Assembly (NCBI RefSeq): GCF_006345805.1
Contig: NC_043007.1
Span: 50,964,001 to 51,028,000, forward strand
Origin: Octopus sinensis
Lineage: Eukaryota
Direction of reading: 5' to 3'
Length of the DNA stretch: 64,000 nt
Of this stretch, positions 1 to 13,149 are shown piece after piece. Position 1 is the first letter of the stretch, and every line of letters begins with the position of its first letter. The notes beneath the pieces are model-generated. The model had not been told where the DNA came from, made no database searches, and was given only the letters and a program-made list of their open reading frames with translations. Both the position numbers and the translations under genes were made by a program.

Positions 1-526
1 CTGCATGAATTCCCGTGTATAAAATAAAAATGCGCAAAAATTTCTGAAAATTCCAAAAAATAAAAACTTATGAGGTGTTATATGGCGAGCATAAATCAGA
101 ATTCGGCTAATATTTCATTCGTTTACATTTGACAACGCATGCAGTCACGCACAAAATGACAGCTCCCAAATCCTGTTTTCTGACAGGGTAAAAATTATCA
201 AATTTTAAACCTGTGTAACTTTTTTGAAAAACATTTCTAGAAAAAGTGAATTCGCCCCTAAGTTTCAGCGTCAAAAATTACATCGCTACACCAATTTTTT
301 AAATATTCAGTAAACTTTAAAATTTCCACAGGTGAAGCCGAACAGAAAAGATCCGGTTATGACATTCGTATATTTAAAAATGAGAGTTGAGTTGGTACAG
401 AGATACAGATTATAAGGAAGAAAGAAGTAACAAGGTGTGTAACTATTTCAAGAATAAATGCATAGATGATGCGTTTCCCTGTAAATGAACGGTAGCTATC
501 CATGCAGTAATGATCTATTCCATTAT

Positions 527-528
<2 letters not shown>

Positions 529-568
<40 letters not shown>
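529..568. repeat. (GA)n microsatellite
   Basis: Pure GA dinucleotide run. Confidence 0.95.
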
Positions 569-574
<6 letters not shown>

Positions 575-1270
575 TAGACTCTTACTGGAGTGCTTTGGTC
601 TACTTCTAGTGAGCGATAAATAGGAAAGTTTAAAGGGAAAATGGCAGAGAAAAGATCATGATAATATGAGGATAGATAAAATCTAACAGTGATGGTCAGA
701 GATAAATATTTAAAATATTAGAGAAACATACATAGAAAGGAATGGACGGTGCTAGTGTAGGAGGGGAAGGTGCAAGCTAAGCTGTATGGTGTAAAGAAGA
801 CCATGTGTATAATGGACGTATCATGGACATCACAAAAGCTCGCTACTAAGAATCTACCTCATTCAGTCTCCGGTAATCGAGTAGATCGTTACTTTATGGA
901 TTAGCTACCGTTCGTTTTCAGGGAAATGCCCCAACTGCACATGCATTCTTCAAGCTGCCTTAAGAATCTATCTGTACATTTTCTTTCTTCTTTATGATCT
1001 ATATTCTTGTAACAAATCAACCCTCATGTTTACATACGTAAATGCCGTGCCTCTTTATACTTTCATTTTATTATACACATACCAGCCCAACTGATAAACC
1101 TCCTCTACCCAATTGTCATTAGGCAGCTATAGCTACCCAGCTTTTAGTTGCAGTTCAAGTTGGAGTTTTAGGCAGCAAGTCACACTGAACACTAATTGTA
1201 CTACCTATTAACTTACGTCATCAAACATGATGTGTGTGTGTGTAAGTGGACAGACAGACAAACAAATTGA

Positions 1271-1271
1271 C

Positions 1272-1328
<57 letters not shown>

Positions 1329-1329
1329 T

Positions 1330-1408
<79 letters not shown>
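1271..1408. repeat. (TAGA)n microsatellite
   Basis: Long GATA/TAGA tetranucleotide array; source of the YLSI-repeat ORFs. Confidence 0.95.
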
Positions 1409-1683
1409 TAATACAATTTGCTACTCGTAATCAAGTAAACCAGTGCCCACTGTTTCATAGCTGGGTCTGGGTGATCAGTCCGGCAACGCCACCCTTGGGT
1501 CTCAACTTGGTGAGTGTTAAGGGTGGGTGGACACAATGACATGATAAAAAATGTTTTAAAACTTTATAAGCTGTAGATACTTTACTGTTTAAAATAACCT
1601 GCAAGGAAGTTGTATAAAATTACGAATAAATAAATAAATAAATAAATAAATAAATAGATAGATAGATAGATAGATAGATAGAC

Positions 1684-1716
<33 letters not shown>

Positions 1717-2268
1717 GATAGATAGATGAATGAAATTAGAACATATTGGTGTTTCCAATACAACATACAGGTACATATAACCGCACACGCACATACACAC
1801 ATACACACACTAGTAGTCGTATATGTATGTACTTGTCTATGTCAGAATGTATACAGAGAAATAGAGCGGGGGTGAAAGAGAGAGAGAGGGGGAGAGAGAA
1901 ACTGAGATAGAAAAAGAGACGGACAGAGCGAAAAAGAGACAGTGTAAGAGAGTGAAATGTATGTACACAATCTCAATTCCTATTTTCTATTAAGTACCAT
2001 ATTTCCATTTTCCAGAGATTGACTCCATATTCTAGATTTCCTGAAACGCCGGTTCCATTAGTGTCAGAATTAATCGTACAACCGATTGCCGTCTCCTTTT
2101 ACCACAAAGATATCTCTGTCACCTCGCTTCCAACATATGTCTGACATCATTTACTAAGGATTTACCTGTCTCTTCACACAAGTGTCGACACCCTATGAGA
2201 ATGCAGGCATTGCATGCACGGATGAAATGTGAGTTAGTGCATGTATGCATATATATATGGATATATAT

Positions 2269-2310
<42 letters not shown>

Positions 2311-2328
2311 TATGTGTGCATACATACA

Positions 2329-2562
2329 CAGCGTTGGCCAAAAGTCACCTGACAGTAAATAAAAATTCCATAAATACTTACTATTAATTTTATTTTATCT
2401 ATTCATTCCAATTATGAATGTTTACAAGGACTTCAGTTTGAACAATTTTCATGATGTTTCATATTTAGATGCTTTTATTAAATTCATACAGCTGTTAAAT
2501 ATATATAAATCTTAGAATTAAATGGTTTTGATTTACTTTCAAGTGACTTTTGGCCAACCCTG
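2329..2562. mobile_element. Tc1/mariner-type MITE (234 bp)
   Basis: 24-bp TIRs: CAGCGTTGGCCAAAAGTCACCTGA (2329) and TCAAGTGACTTTTGGCCAACCCTG (ends 2562), 2 mismatches; TA follows the right end; AT-rich non-coding interior. Confidence 0.8.
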
Positions 2563-2571
2563 TACATATGT

Positions 2572-2583
2572 TATATATATATT

Positions 2584-2657
<74 letters not shown>

Positions 2658-2663
2658 TATATA

Positions 2664-2705
<42 letters not shown>

Positions 2706-2725
2706 TATATATATAATATATATAT

Positions 2726-2770
<45 letters not shown>

Positions 2771-2780
2771 TATATAATAC
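2572..2780. repeat. (TA)n microsatellite (representative of many TA arrays, e.g. 3150-3245, 19992-20155, 27790-27845, 49196-49263, 50393-50508)
   Basis: Imperfect TA dinucleotide arrays. Confidence 0.95.
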
Positions 2781-3154
2781 ACTCATACAACATACGCACA
2801 TTTATATATATTCACACACATATATTGTAATGGAAGTGAAGTATCAGCAAATCCAGTACTAATTGTTAAGTCAGGATACGTGGACGAATATGCTACATTC
2901 CAAAAATGTCTGTGTTGTGATATAAGTAAAGCTATTAAGTAAAAACTACGCCATATTACAGCTAGCCACGAAACTGCAGTTTTTGTCTTAAGGGAAGTTC
3001 TAGATATCGAACCATCCAGCATGACTGCAATCCAATAACAAACCAGTAAATTAAAACAAGAATACTTGTATGTATGCATGTATTATCACATGTCTGTGTA
3101 CATGAATGTGTATGTGGTTGTATGAGTGTACAATACACACACCACCACAATATA

Positions 3155-3245
<91 letters not shown>

Positions 3246-3248
<3 letters not shown>

Positions 3249-3586
3249 CACTGCGTCGGTTACGACGACGAGGGTTCCAGTTGATCCGATCACGGAGCAG
3301 CCTGCTCGTGAAATTAACGGGCAAGTAGCTGAGCACTCCACAGATACGTGTACACGTAACGTAGTTCTCGGGTGAGATTCAGCGTGACATAGTGTGACAA
3401 GGCTGGCCCTTTGATATACAGGTACAACAGAAATAGGAAGAAAGATTGAGAGAAAGTTGTGGGGAAAGAGTACAGCAGGATTCGCCACCAACCCCTGCTG
3501 GAGCCTCGTGGAGCTTTAGGTGTCTTCTCTCAATAAACACTCACAACGCCCGGTCTGGGAATCGAAATCACTTGGCCATTGCGCAT
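3246..3586 (-). mobile_element. tRNA-derived SINE (family D; shares its 3' tail with the 9811 SINE)
   Basis: Near-identical to 26294-26683; B-box-like TTCGATTCCC on the minus strand near 3560; 3' part matches the reverse complement of 9950-10126. Confidence 0.8.
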
Positions 3587-3613
3587 CTACACACACACAA
3601 ACACACACACACA

Positions 3614-3653
<40 letters not shown>

Positions 3654-4255
3654 TCACATATGCGCGTGAATATTTGTATCTATATTTGCACGTATGCAGA
3701 AACACACACATAACTTTGCATTTTAGCGTTTGAGCTTATGTATAAGGTATAGTTCTCCATTTCGTATTTTACTGTTCCTTCATGTATGTGTGTGCATGTA
3801 TTTATGTATGTGTATATGTGTAAGTGCTATTCTCATATTATCAGCTTCGTTCACCTTAAAAACTAGTTGTTTCCCAATTTCTTCTCTCTTTTCTGCATGT
3901 CTCTCTCTTTTCTATATGCCCCGCTCCCGTCTTTTGCGCGCTGTATATCTACCTCTCCGTCATCGCAATCCATAAATTCATTTCTATTAATGACTTCGAT
4001 AAAAGAAGATTCCTTATCATCTCACATGTCATTTTACCCGAAAGGTAATTGATCAGCCCATCACCACTACCACTACGAACATCACCCTCACCCCCGGTGC
4101 CTTCCCACTACCCTCCAACAACAACAGCAACAGAACGACGATGACTGCCAATCGTTTTTCCAAATCATTCACAGAAACGGAGATGTAATTTACTTGTTCG
4201 ATATGTAAAAACTGAAAGGAGAATAAGTATCAGCCAACGAGAATTGGTTTACACA

Positions 4256-4292
<37 letters not shown>

Positions 4293-4315
4293 AGTACTTC
4301 CGAGATAGAATTTGA

Positions 4316-4350
<35 letters not shown>

Positions 4351-4890
4351 GAATATCATGATTAAGAGAACTTGGAAATGTTGTTTGCAACTGACACGAA
4401 CACGCAACAGCACTCAACAAATATATTAACACTACCCTTTACACACACACACACACACACCAGAAATTCCAAGGACTATTAACGGCCAAAATGACGGCAT
4501 CAACTTCATGACACGGTAATAAATAAGGAAATACACAATGTCGAAAGAGGACCGACGTTGGTGTGCAGAAAAATCTTAACAGGCCTGCACGCTAATTGCA
4601 CACGTCAGTTTCTCGCCATTTGCAACAGTTCGAATCAAAGATATATGTCTATGAATTTATTACATTTTGTGTGGGTTGGGTGTGTATGCTTACAAACATG
4701 CACGCTCACAGAGATGCACTTATTTCTAGATACGGTTATATATGTCATGTGAATGATATTTAAATACAGCTACGAAAGTTTTGTGTGTGAAGTGCACTTA
4801 TATATGCACACACACACACAATATATACACACATACACACATACATACACATATTTATACGTATCTATCTATCTATCTATCTATATGGTA

Positions 4891-4958
<68 letters not shown>

Positions 4959-5387
4959 ATATTATATATATATATATATATACATACACACGCACATATA
5001 TACATACATTGTGTGTGTATGTATGTAGATTATTGATATGCAATTATAAGATCCAAGGATCTAAGTGTAGAAAGTTTAAGTTTCGAGCAGTCTGTGGCAG
5101 GTATAAAAAGCAATGTTCAGGAACAATTATAATTTATTAGCGTCGAAGGTTGTAGGCTTTTCCCATATCGAAATTCAATAAGCTAAAAAACGTTTTTATA
5201 CATAACTCACGGTTAGCAACTTTGGGAGTAGAACAGGTAAAATCCAAGAAACCTATATAGCTTGGATTTTATCTACTTCACTCCCTCAATTTGTAGTATA
5301 TTTATAAATAATTATGTGTTTGTGTGTGTGTATACTAGCTTAGTTCTGTGGCTTAATGTTTTTGATTTCACAGAATCACCAGACATG

Positions 5388-5503
5388 TTTGGTCCCCTTG
5401 AAGAATGATCACTGGTATATTTGGTCCCCTTGAAGAGTGACTAGCGGTACATTTGGTTCCCCTCCTAAAGAGTGACCAGATTTGGTCACCTCAAGGCATG
5501 TCT
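5388..5503. repeat. Degenerate ~32-bp tandem repeat, 4 units
   Basis: TTTGGT(C/T)(C/A)CC motif starts at 5388, 5420, 5452, 5481; the first two units share TTTGGTCCCCTTGAAGA. Confidence 0.75.
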
Positions 5504-7863
5504 AATTAAAATTAGTCTTTCTGAACGCAAGATGTGTTAAATTTGCCTTTCTCCTCTTTCACAGTAACGTTCATTATTTGTTCTGATCAATACACAGACC
5601 ACCGATTCTATCTGTACTCACCGTACATTTTATCTGTATTACGTTGGTGAATACGGATGGGTATATAGGCCCACTTATCTAACTGGTACTCATTTTATCG
5701 AACACCCTCACTCCTGTACAGCTTTAAGTCAAAGTAACAGATGAGACTGAACTGAATATTACAAGGTATTAAGTCCCGCCTTCGGCTAATTCTCCCGTTA
5801 TTCCCCCACCAACATCAACATAGTAAAAACATTTACTTAATGCAGTATTAAATGTAAAATGAGAAAGTTAATCAAATAATATCGCCATGAAACTAAAATC
5901 TAATTACAAATTTAAAACATGTTTAATTGCCGGCAGCTCTTCTAAACGGACACGGTGTAAGGTGAAACGGAATACTGTAGTTAACAGCGTAAACTCTCTG
6001 TTAGGTAACATAGAAATATTTAAACATTCAAGAAGTAATTTCATCGCTAATAGAGAAACAGGATCTCTTCAACCAGAGATTTCACTTTTGATTTACTTGT
6101 TCACGTCCGCCAGTCACTAAACGATGTTTTATACACCAGCTGTTACATGTTAAACCCTTGGCTTATTAGCCACTCACAACGTGCATCCCGATACACACGT
6201 ATCATCATAACAAGTATGGGACCAGTCAGCTCCGAGGATCAGGGACCATTATAGTAGCAAAAGAAAAGACAGAGATGAACCGGCATGTCTGTGGACCATG
6301 CGCATTAGGGATTAGTTACCATTTAGTCGAGAAGCTTTTCTCTGGAGGCGATCCAGACTGTCAGTGAGTAGCGATAGTGCCATTCTAGACGTGGGCACAG
6401 TACACCGTTGTAGGTTTCACTTATCCCCGAAGATAGTCAACAGCTGTAATTGGCTGAAATGTTTTCTCATTCTAAGAAGACGGGCTAAATATGGAGTGTA
6501 GTGACACATTTACGAAGGGAAAGCGACCTTGCGTGATAGATAGTGAGGACCAATATCTCGAGCGACTGTAAGGGCTACAATTGAGCGAGTGTTAAATGAA
6601 ACAAGATTGGAGCTCCACTGAAGGATATTTTCGTGGTCTCCGTTTATGAAATCAATGCAAATTTGGCATGCAATGCAAAAGATGCCAGAGGACGATGCAT
6701 GGGCGAAGAGCTTTGGACAGAATGAAGAGCCTTGTCATATGCATAAGAGAGGATGAGAGTGTGGGACAGAATCGAACCCAAAGGAACACAATAGGACAAA
6801 AAAGAGCTGCGTCAACATGCGTGTGTGTGCGCGTGCATATATGTATTTATAAATGTATATATATTTGTATATAAACGTGTATGTATATTTCTTCGACATT
6901 TTTACTTTGTTGTGACGTATAGTTTTGTATCAAATTTCTCCCTTCCAACTCTCAGCGGGTTCAAATTTTAAACATTTGTCAATTCTCTGTGGTCTGCAAA
7001 GGATTAAGCAACGAGTATAAACTGGATATAAAATTCACCAATGTTTTAGAGAAGCATTATAATGAAATATTATAGTTTATATAGTTAGTGCTGAAATGAT
7101 TTCATGCATGTTACAATAAAAAAGCTAACTAGAAATAACTCTACGATGAGAGGGAAAAAAATATAACATTCCTTTTCCCAGTACGAAGCCTCACACACTC
7201 GAACATATCCTTAGGTAGGGTTTAATGTTCTTTGCATTAATATGTAATTATTGTTTTAATTAGAAACAATTTACAATCTTGTATATTTAATTAGTGATTC
7301 CGCCATTACTATTTCGGTGTGTGCGGTAAATTTTGTGTCTTGCTATGGATGTCAGAACTAGACTGAAACAAGAACAAAACGAGAATTATTATTGCTTAAG
7401 GTCACACTGGATAAAATAGTTCCGATTGTACTGTATCTAAAGCAGAAATGCCATGGTTACGATTTACATCTTTAATCATAGATCTATTGGGCTAGCTTTG
7501 ACATAACCAAAGTATTTCTAAAAGATGGAGGAAAGTTAAATAATTATGTTTAGAAATAGAATTTGTAATACTTTATCGGAAATATGCCGCAAAGGAATTA
7601 TTAGGGACTTCCGATACTTGCGTATTTACATTCATAAAACGAAACATCTTACCTATGCAAACCGAATTTAAATCCGTTGTTCATTTACATTTCTGAACGT
7701 AATCTTATATAAATTCGGTCTTACTCCAGTTCTGCTCGTTATTTAACAATTCCATTCTGGAAATATCTCACTTTCCACTCCAACAACTCTGTTCATTACA
7801 CTTTCAATCTTAAGTACATAAAACAGCTACACTTAATTTTCACTTATTACTCTTTCGTTTCAG

Positions 7864-8007
7864 GCTCAGTTACAATCCCAACTCCCATTTAAAAACTTTT
7901 CGGAGGGTTCTCAGTAATATTCCATTTGTTGCATTTCTCCCACACACTGGATTTTCGAATTTTGGAGACTTCTTTATTTGGGAGTTCTGGATAAAAGATT
8001 ATCAAAT
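7864..8007 (+). other. Candidate internal exon (unverified)
   Basis: Acceptor TTATTACTCTTTCGTTTCAG| and a 144-nt segment open in one frame (LSYNPNSHLKTFRRVLSNIPFVAFLPHTGFSNFGDFFIWEFWIKDYQ); weak donor GTATCG; no family recognised. Confidence 0.2.
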
Positions 8008-8254
8008 GTATCGTAATATATCGTTAGCCAATTCCACTAACTTAGGCAGTTTACTCATAGTGTTGATATTTCAGTTTAAAAGGATTTTAATTCAGTATTT
8101 AAAAGATATTAATTATAGCTTTTCAACTTCGGGTTCAACTGCCAAAAATGAATCATTTCACATTCTCTCGAAGTTTCAAAACTTTTATGATATATACACT
8201 GCAACACACACACACATTCATGTTGTTGATATTCATAATGAGCACCACTATGTT

Positions 8255-8255
8255 T

Positions 8256-8287
<32 letters not shown>

Positions 8288-8431
8288 ACACACACAACAC
8301 ACACACACCACACACATACACACACACACAATCACACATACACACATATATATATTTATATCTATATATATGCATGGTGTATGCTTATATGTGTGTATAT
8401 ATCCATACATCTATATATCTATCTATCTACA

Positions 8432-8510
<79 letters not shown>

Positions 8511-8686
8511 ATATATATATTATATATATATATATATATAATATATATATATATAATATATATATATATTTGTATGTATGTATGTATGTATGTATGTATA
8601 TTACAGTATGTTGTATGTATGTATGTAGTATGTATGTATGTATGTATTATGTATGTATGTATGTATGTATGTATGTATGTATGTAT
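8255..8686. repeat. Compound microsatellite (CA)n-(TCTA)n-(TA)n-(TATG)n
   Basis: Successive simple-repeat blocks. Confidence 0.95.
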
Positions 8687-8694
8687 CGATTCAG

Positions 8695-8833
8695 ATACGT
8701 GACGCGGGTAAGACACAAAAGTGGCGAAATATCGGTCTCCATCGCTCCTGAATGGAATCTGAGATACGCTGTCATGCCTGCCTATGATTTCAGGAGTTTT
8801 AACACGCAGTGCAATAACGGATTCGTACTTCAG
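8695..8833 (+). other. Candidate exon (unverified), phase-compatible with 7864-8007
   Basis: CpG-richer island between microsatellites; TTCAG| ... CAG|GTGCTT; open frame [46 protein letters not shown]; the acceptor lacks a pyrimidine tract. Confidence 0.15.
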
Positions 8834-9004
8834 GTGCTTTATTGCTGCGAACCGGCGAACAAACAAAAACACATACATTGAGTGTGTGCGCTCAATAATG
8901 TTTATATATGTAAGTGTGTGTGTGTGTATTATATATATATATATATATATAATCCTTTCTTTTACTTATTTTAGTCTCTTGTACAGTAGCGAAACCGGGG
9001 GCAA

Positions 9005-9140
9005 TGTCTTGAAGGGTCAAACAAACACCAGGACTTATCTTTAAGCCTAGTTTTTATTCTAACGTTCACTTTTTGCCGAGCCGCTAGTTTACAAACGAGC
9101 GTTGCTTGCCAAGTAGTGGTTGGCGTCAGACGCACACGCT
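9005..9140 (-). mobile_element. Degenerate 3' part of SINE family A
   Basis: Similar to 33250-33370 (GGACTTAT...AAGCCTAG...TTTTGCCGA.CCGCTA). Confidence 0.55.
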
Positions 9141-9156
9141 CTCTCTCTCTCTCTCC

Positions 9157-9191
<35 letters not shown>

Positions 9192-9810
9192 GTAATTTAA
9201 ATCCAGTATATATGAAGATCTATGTTGTATGTAAACATGTGTAATGATTATAAAATAGCTGTCTGTCCTTACACCTTCTTGCTGACTCTATCTTATTCAA
9301 TTATACACACACACACACACACATACATATATATATAATTTAAAAAATGAAACAACGGAGAAAAATACAAGAAAAAGCAGCAACGCGAGGACGTGGTACA
9401 TTCAAAGTATTAATAAGACGCTCAGGGAAGGAAAGAAAGGCTGTTTTGCGTTTCGAGCAAGGCTCTTCTTCAGAAACAGGAGACCGAGAAAAGTCCAAGA
9501 GAAAAGGAAGATGGAGAAAAAAATCGCCAATAATCCACATGGAATGACCAAAAGGCGATAGACAGGGAAAAAGTGCTTTCTAAGACAGGAGAGTGTAAGA
9601 GGAGGTATCTGTGTGTGTGTGTTGGTGCGCGTATTTGATAGAATGTATGTGTATATATGTGCGTGTGTGTGTGGCAGTAACTGAATGCGTGTGTGTATGC
9701 GGGTGGTGGTAACTGTGTGCGCGCGGAAACGTGTGCGTTGTGTGTAGTGTTAACTGTTTATATGTGTACGTGTGAGTGATCTTTGTATCTATTAATGTTG
9801 TAGGGGTGAG

Positions 9811-10130
9811 GGCGCGTGGCTTAGTGGTTAGGGTATTCGGCTCATGATCGTAAGGTTGTGAGTTCGATTCCCGGCGACGCGTTGTGTCCTTGAGCAAGAC
9901 ACTTTATTTCACGTTGCTCCAGTCCACTCAGCTGGCAAAAATGAGTTGTACTTGTATTTCAAAGGGTCAGCCTTGTCACTCTCTGTGTCACGCTGATTAT
10001 CCCCGAGAACTACGTTAAGGGTACACGTGTCTGTGGAATGCTCAGCCATTTGCACGTTAATTTCACGAGCAAGCTGTTCCGTTGATCGTATCAGCTGGGA
10101 CCCTCGTCGTCGTAACCGGCGGAGTCTTTT
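9811..10130 (+). mobile_element. tRNA-derived SINE (family B), full length
   Basis: A box TGGCTTAGTGGTTA (9817) and B box GAGTTCGATTCCC (~9860), then GTGTCCTTGAGCAAGACACTT central motif; tail shared with 3246 and 26294 copies. Confidence 0.85.
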
Positions 10131-10157
10131 AAATGTTGTAGGAAGAGGCAGTCTGAA

Positions 10158-11005
10158 GGGTGTATGTGTGCTGCGTGTGTTCGTAAGTGTGTGTGCGTAT
10201 GTGTGCGTATGTGTGCGTGTGTGCGCGCGTGTGTATGCGTGTGTGTATGCGTGTATGTATGCTCGTGTGTGTATGTGTGTGTATGTATGTGTATGCGCGT
10301 GGGATTGTGTGTTAGGGGAGGTATATGTACGTTCCTGTGTGTGTGCGCGCGCGTGCGTGTGTATGTGTGTGAGTGTATACATGTCTGTATGTATGTACGT
10401 GCGTGTACGTACGCGTGTGTGTGCATGTATGTGTGTGTTAGATGCGTGTGTAGTGTGTGTGTGTGAAGTATATGTACGTTCATACGTATGCGTGCGTATG
10501 TACACGTTTGTGTATGTATGTATGCGCGTATGTGTACATGTATGTGCGTATGTGTACATCTATGTGCGCGTGGTTGTGCGTGCGGAGGTATTTGTGTGAG
10601 CATGTGTGTGCGTGTGTATGTGCGTGTGTGTATGTAAGTGTGCGTGGAGTTGTGTGTGAGTGGAAGCATATGTGCATTCCTGTATGTGTGTATGTATGTG
10701 GGTACGTGTGCGTGTATGTTTGTGCCTCTGTGTGCGTGCGTGTATGTGTGTGTGTGCGTGCATATATATGTGTGTGTGCGTGTGTATGTGTGTGTGCGTG
10801 TATATGTGTGTGTGCGTGTGCGCGCATGCATGTTTGTGGGTGTGTATGTATGTATATGTGTATGCATGTATTTATGTGTGTGTGCGTATATGTACGTGTG
10901 TGTATGTATGTGCATATATGTGTTTTTGTGTGTGTGTATGGTGTGTGCGTGTATGTGTGTGTGTTGTGCGTGTATGTATGCGTGCGTGTGTGTGTGCGTG
11001 TGTGC
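10158..11005. repeat. Cryptic (TG/TATG/CGTG) low-complexity array, ~850 bp
   Basis: Mixed TG-rich simple repeats; explains the His-Thr and Val-Cys ORFs. Confidence 0.9.
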
Positions 11006-11204
11006 ATGAAAATATAAAATAAAATAGAAAAATAACATTAATAAAGAATAGATACAAAGTAATAGATACAAGATAAAAAATAAATGTTAAAAAGATAAAA
11101 AATAGAAATTAATGCAATTATAAAAAATGTAAAAGGATATATATATTACGGAGATATACTCGCATAGCAAGTGATTTGATCTGAGATCGTGTGCTGGAAT
11201 GAAA

Positions 11205-11480
11205 ACAATTGCAGCGTGGAAGGTGTTTGTAAGCCATTTAAGAAACACACAAAAGCCGTTCGATTCACTTCAACATTTAAGTTTAATTTGTCAAAATATT
11301 TTCGTCGCTAAAATCCGCGACCTGTTCACTGAGATGCAGCACGGATATTTTGTCAGTGAACAGGTTGCGGATTTTAGCGACGAAAATATTTTGACAAATT
11401 AAACTTAAATGTTGAAGTGTATCGAACGGCTTTTGTGTGTTTCTTAAATGGCTTATAAACACCTTCCACGCTGCAATTGT
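11205..11480. repeat. 128-bp inverted repeat (hairpin) with an eroded hammerhead-like loop; PLE pLTR-type
   Basis: Arms 11205-11332 and 11353-11480 with 3 mismatches; the apex reads CACTGAGATGCAGCACGGATATTTTGTCAGTG, keeping CTGA-GA and GTC but lacking GAAA; abuts (TA)n. Confidence 0.8.
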
Positions 11481-11517
11481 ATATATATATATATATATTT
11501 ATTTATTTATTTATTTA

Positions 11518-11680
11518 TCACCGTGATCACCGTGACCGACCAGGCTATCAGATGTTGGTCACAATGCACTTCGCATTGTTTTAGCCTTCAAATGACGCCA
11601 CCCTGCTGGCTAAGAGAGCAGGCCAACAGAAGAAAGAGTGAGAGAAAGTTGTGGCGAAAGAGTACAGCAGGGATCACCAC
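11518..11680 (-). mobile_element. SINE fragment sharing the central segment of family D but with a different tail
   Basis: GAAAGAGTGAGAGAAAGTTGTGGCGAAAGAGTACAGCAGG matches 3445-3480 and 26515-26550. Confidence 0.6.
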
Positions 11681-12084
11681 GAAAATTCTGGACCCCAGTT
11701 ATGAAATCATTTGCATACAGCCAATCAGAGCTCAACTATCAAACTAATTTATTAGTGCATAACAAGTGATGGGCGGTAAGATAAAGTCACTTGGGTAAGG
11801 AATGAACATGCTTCTTTTCTCTTCTAATAATGCTTGTTCTTGTTCTTGTTTCAACCATGGCTGCCTCTGTGTAGTTATTTGTGTTGATGTTTGCTCTGTA
11901 AAGCAGTACATCCCCCTCTACCCACATTTCTTCCAAACACATCTTTACCATAAGGGGCACTATAGAAATCCGGTAATAGGTATAGATGCAAATCTACCTA
12001 ATTGTCTCCATCTAAAATCAGGCATAACTTGGCGATCGGTCGACTTACAACACTGTTCTTCGTCTTAAGTTTACTTGGTGGAGT

Positions 12085-12295
12085 ATGTTTGTTTACTTGA
12101 CAACAAGGTCAAAGTGGGCTCCGATTGGCTGTATGCAAAAGTGTTCATTACTGGGGTCCGGAAGTCTTGTTGGAAAAAATTTCGCGCCCAAGACTGTTAG
12201 AAGACGCCCAAGGTGCCACGCGGTGGAAATGAACCCGGAACCCTGTGCTCCTGAACAAACTTTAACCACGCTGGCACACCTGCACCTATAGATAG
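12085..12295 (-). mobile_element. tRNA-SINE variant (family-A-like head, different body)
   Basis: CCCAAGGTGCCACGCGGTGGAAATGAACCCGGAACC matches the family A head; part of the body (12115-12160) is inverted-similar to 11690-11740. Confidence 0.5.
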
Positions 12296-12769
12296 ACAGA
12301 CACGCACACACACATGCAGACACGAACACACACACACATATACACTCACACGTACACACACACTCACATTCATACACACATACATGCATACATACATTCA
12401 TGTATCCTTATTTTTTATATTTATACTGAGCATCCCTATTTCTATACACACACACTTGATAACTTGAATATGCCGTGTTGATAAGGTGAATATGCCGTGT
12501 TGATGAGATTTAAGAACATCAAAACCTGTCTGTTGCTCTCACCAGTTATCTCCCTTATTTGTCTTAGATTTGACGCATCTCACCAGAAGTGGGAGACTTT
12601 GTCTTCTAATTGCAGAGATAACCTCAATTAACTGAAGTCTTACAGCACACTATATGATATATTTGAGATACTAGCGTAAGTATATACACAAATATACATG
12701 TTTATTGATATATCTACACATACGTATGCGTTCGTGTGTACATATACTTGTTTGTTTGTGTGTGCTTGT

Positions 12770-12812
<43 letters not shown>

Positions 12813-13149
12813 CATATATCTGCTAATTTTAGTGCCTATCAACACAATGACATTGGACACGAAACGTAGATAACTGAGGAATGTAAAGGTTAGGCTATAT
12901 AACATATAACCTTAGGGAAAAGCAACATGGAAAAGGGTCAGGTAACCAGGGAGCAGCTTTATTGTTTTTTTATGTACTATTGTTGTTGTTATGTAGTGGT
13001 GGGGAAGGTGAAGTAGAAGATAACTTTGGAAAGAATGAATCGCGTTGAATGCCATTCTACTGATGTATATGGTGGGGTTTTAGTGATAAATTACAGCAAA
13101 CTTGTATACCTACATGATCAGTCTCCTTACGACAAATAGGCAAATATCC

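Noticed and set aside
1-380. Possible DNA-transposon end at the window start
   Set aside because: No partner TIR or coding motif is visible in the window.
5388-5503. CRISPR-like repeat/spacer appearance
   Set aside because: Eukaryotic context, no cas genes, the intervening parts are similar to each other and too short; this is a degenerate tandem repeat.
6956-7014. Candidate exon phase-compatible with 7864-8007
   Set aside because: It ends in GTCTGCAAAGGATTAA, which looks like the terminus of a TTAA-type MITE; good acceptor-like tracts arise by chance in such AT-rich DNA.
9811-9875. tRNA gene
   Set aside because: A and B boxes are present, but the acceptor stem is not completed and the sequence runs into a SINE body shared with other copies. 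The same applies to 26620-26683.
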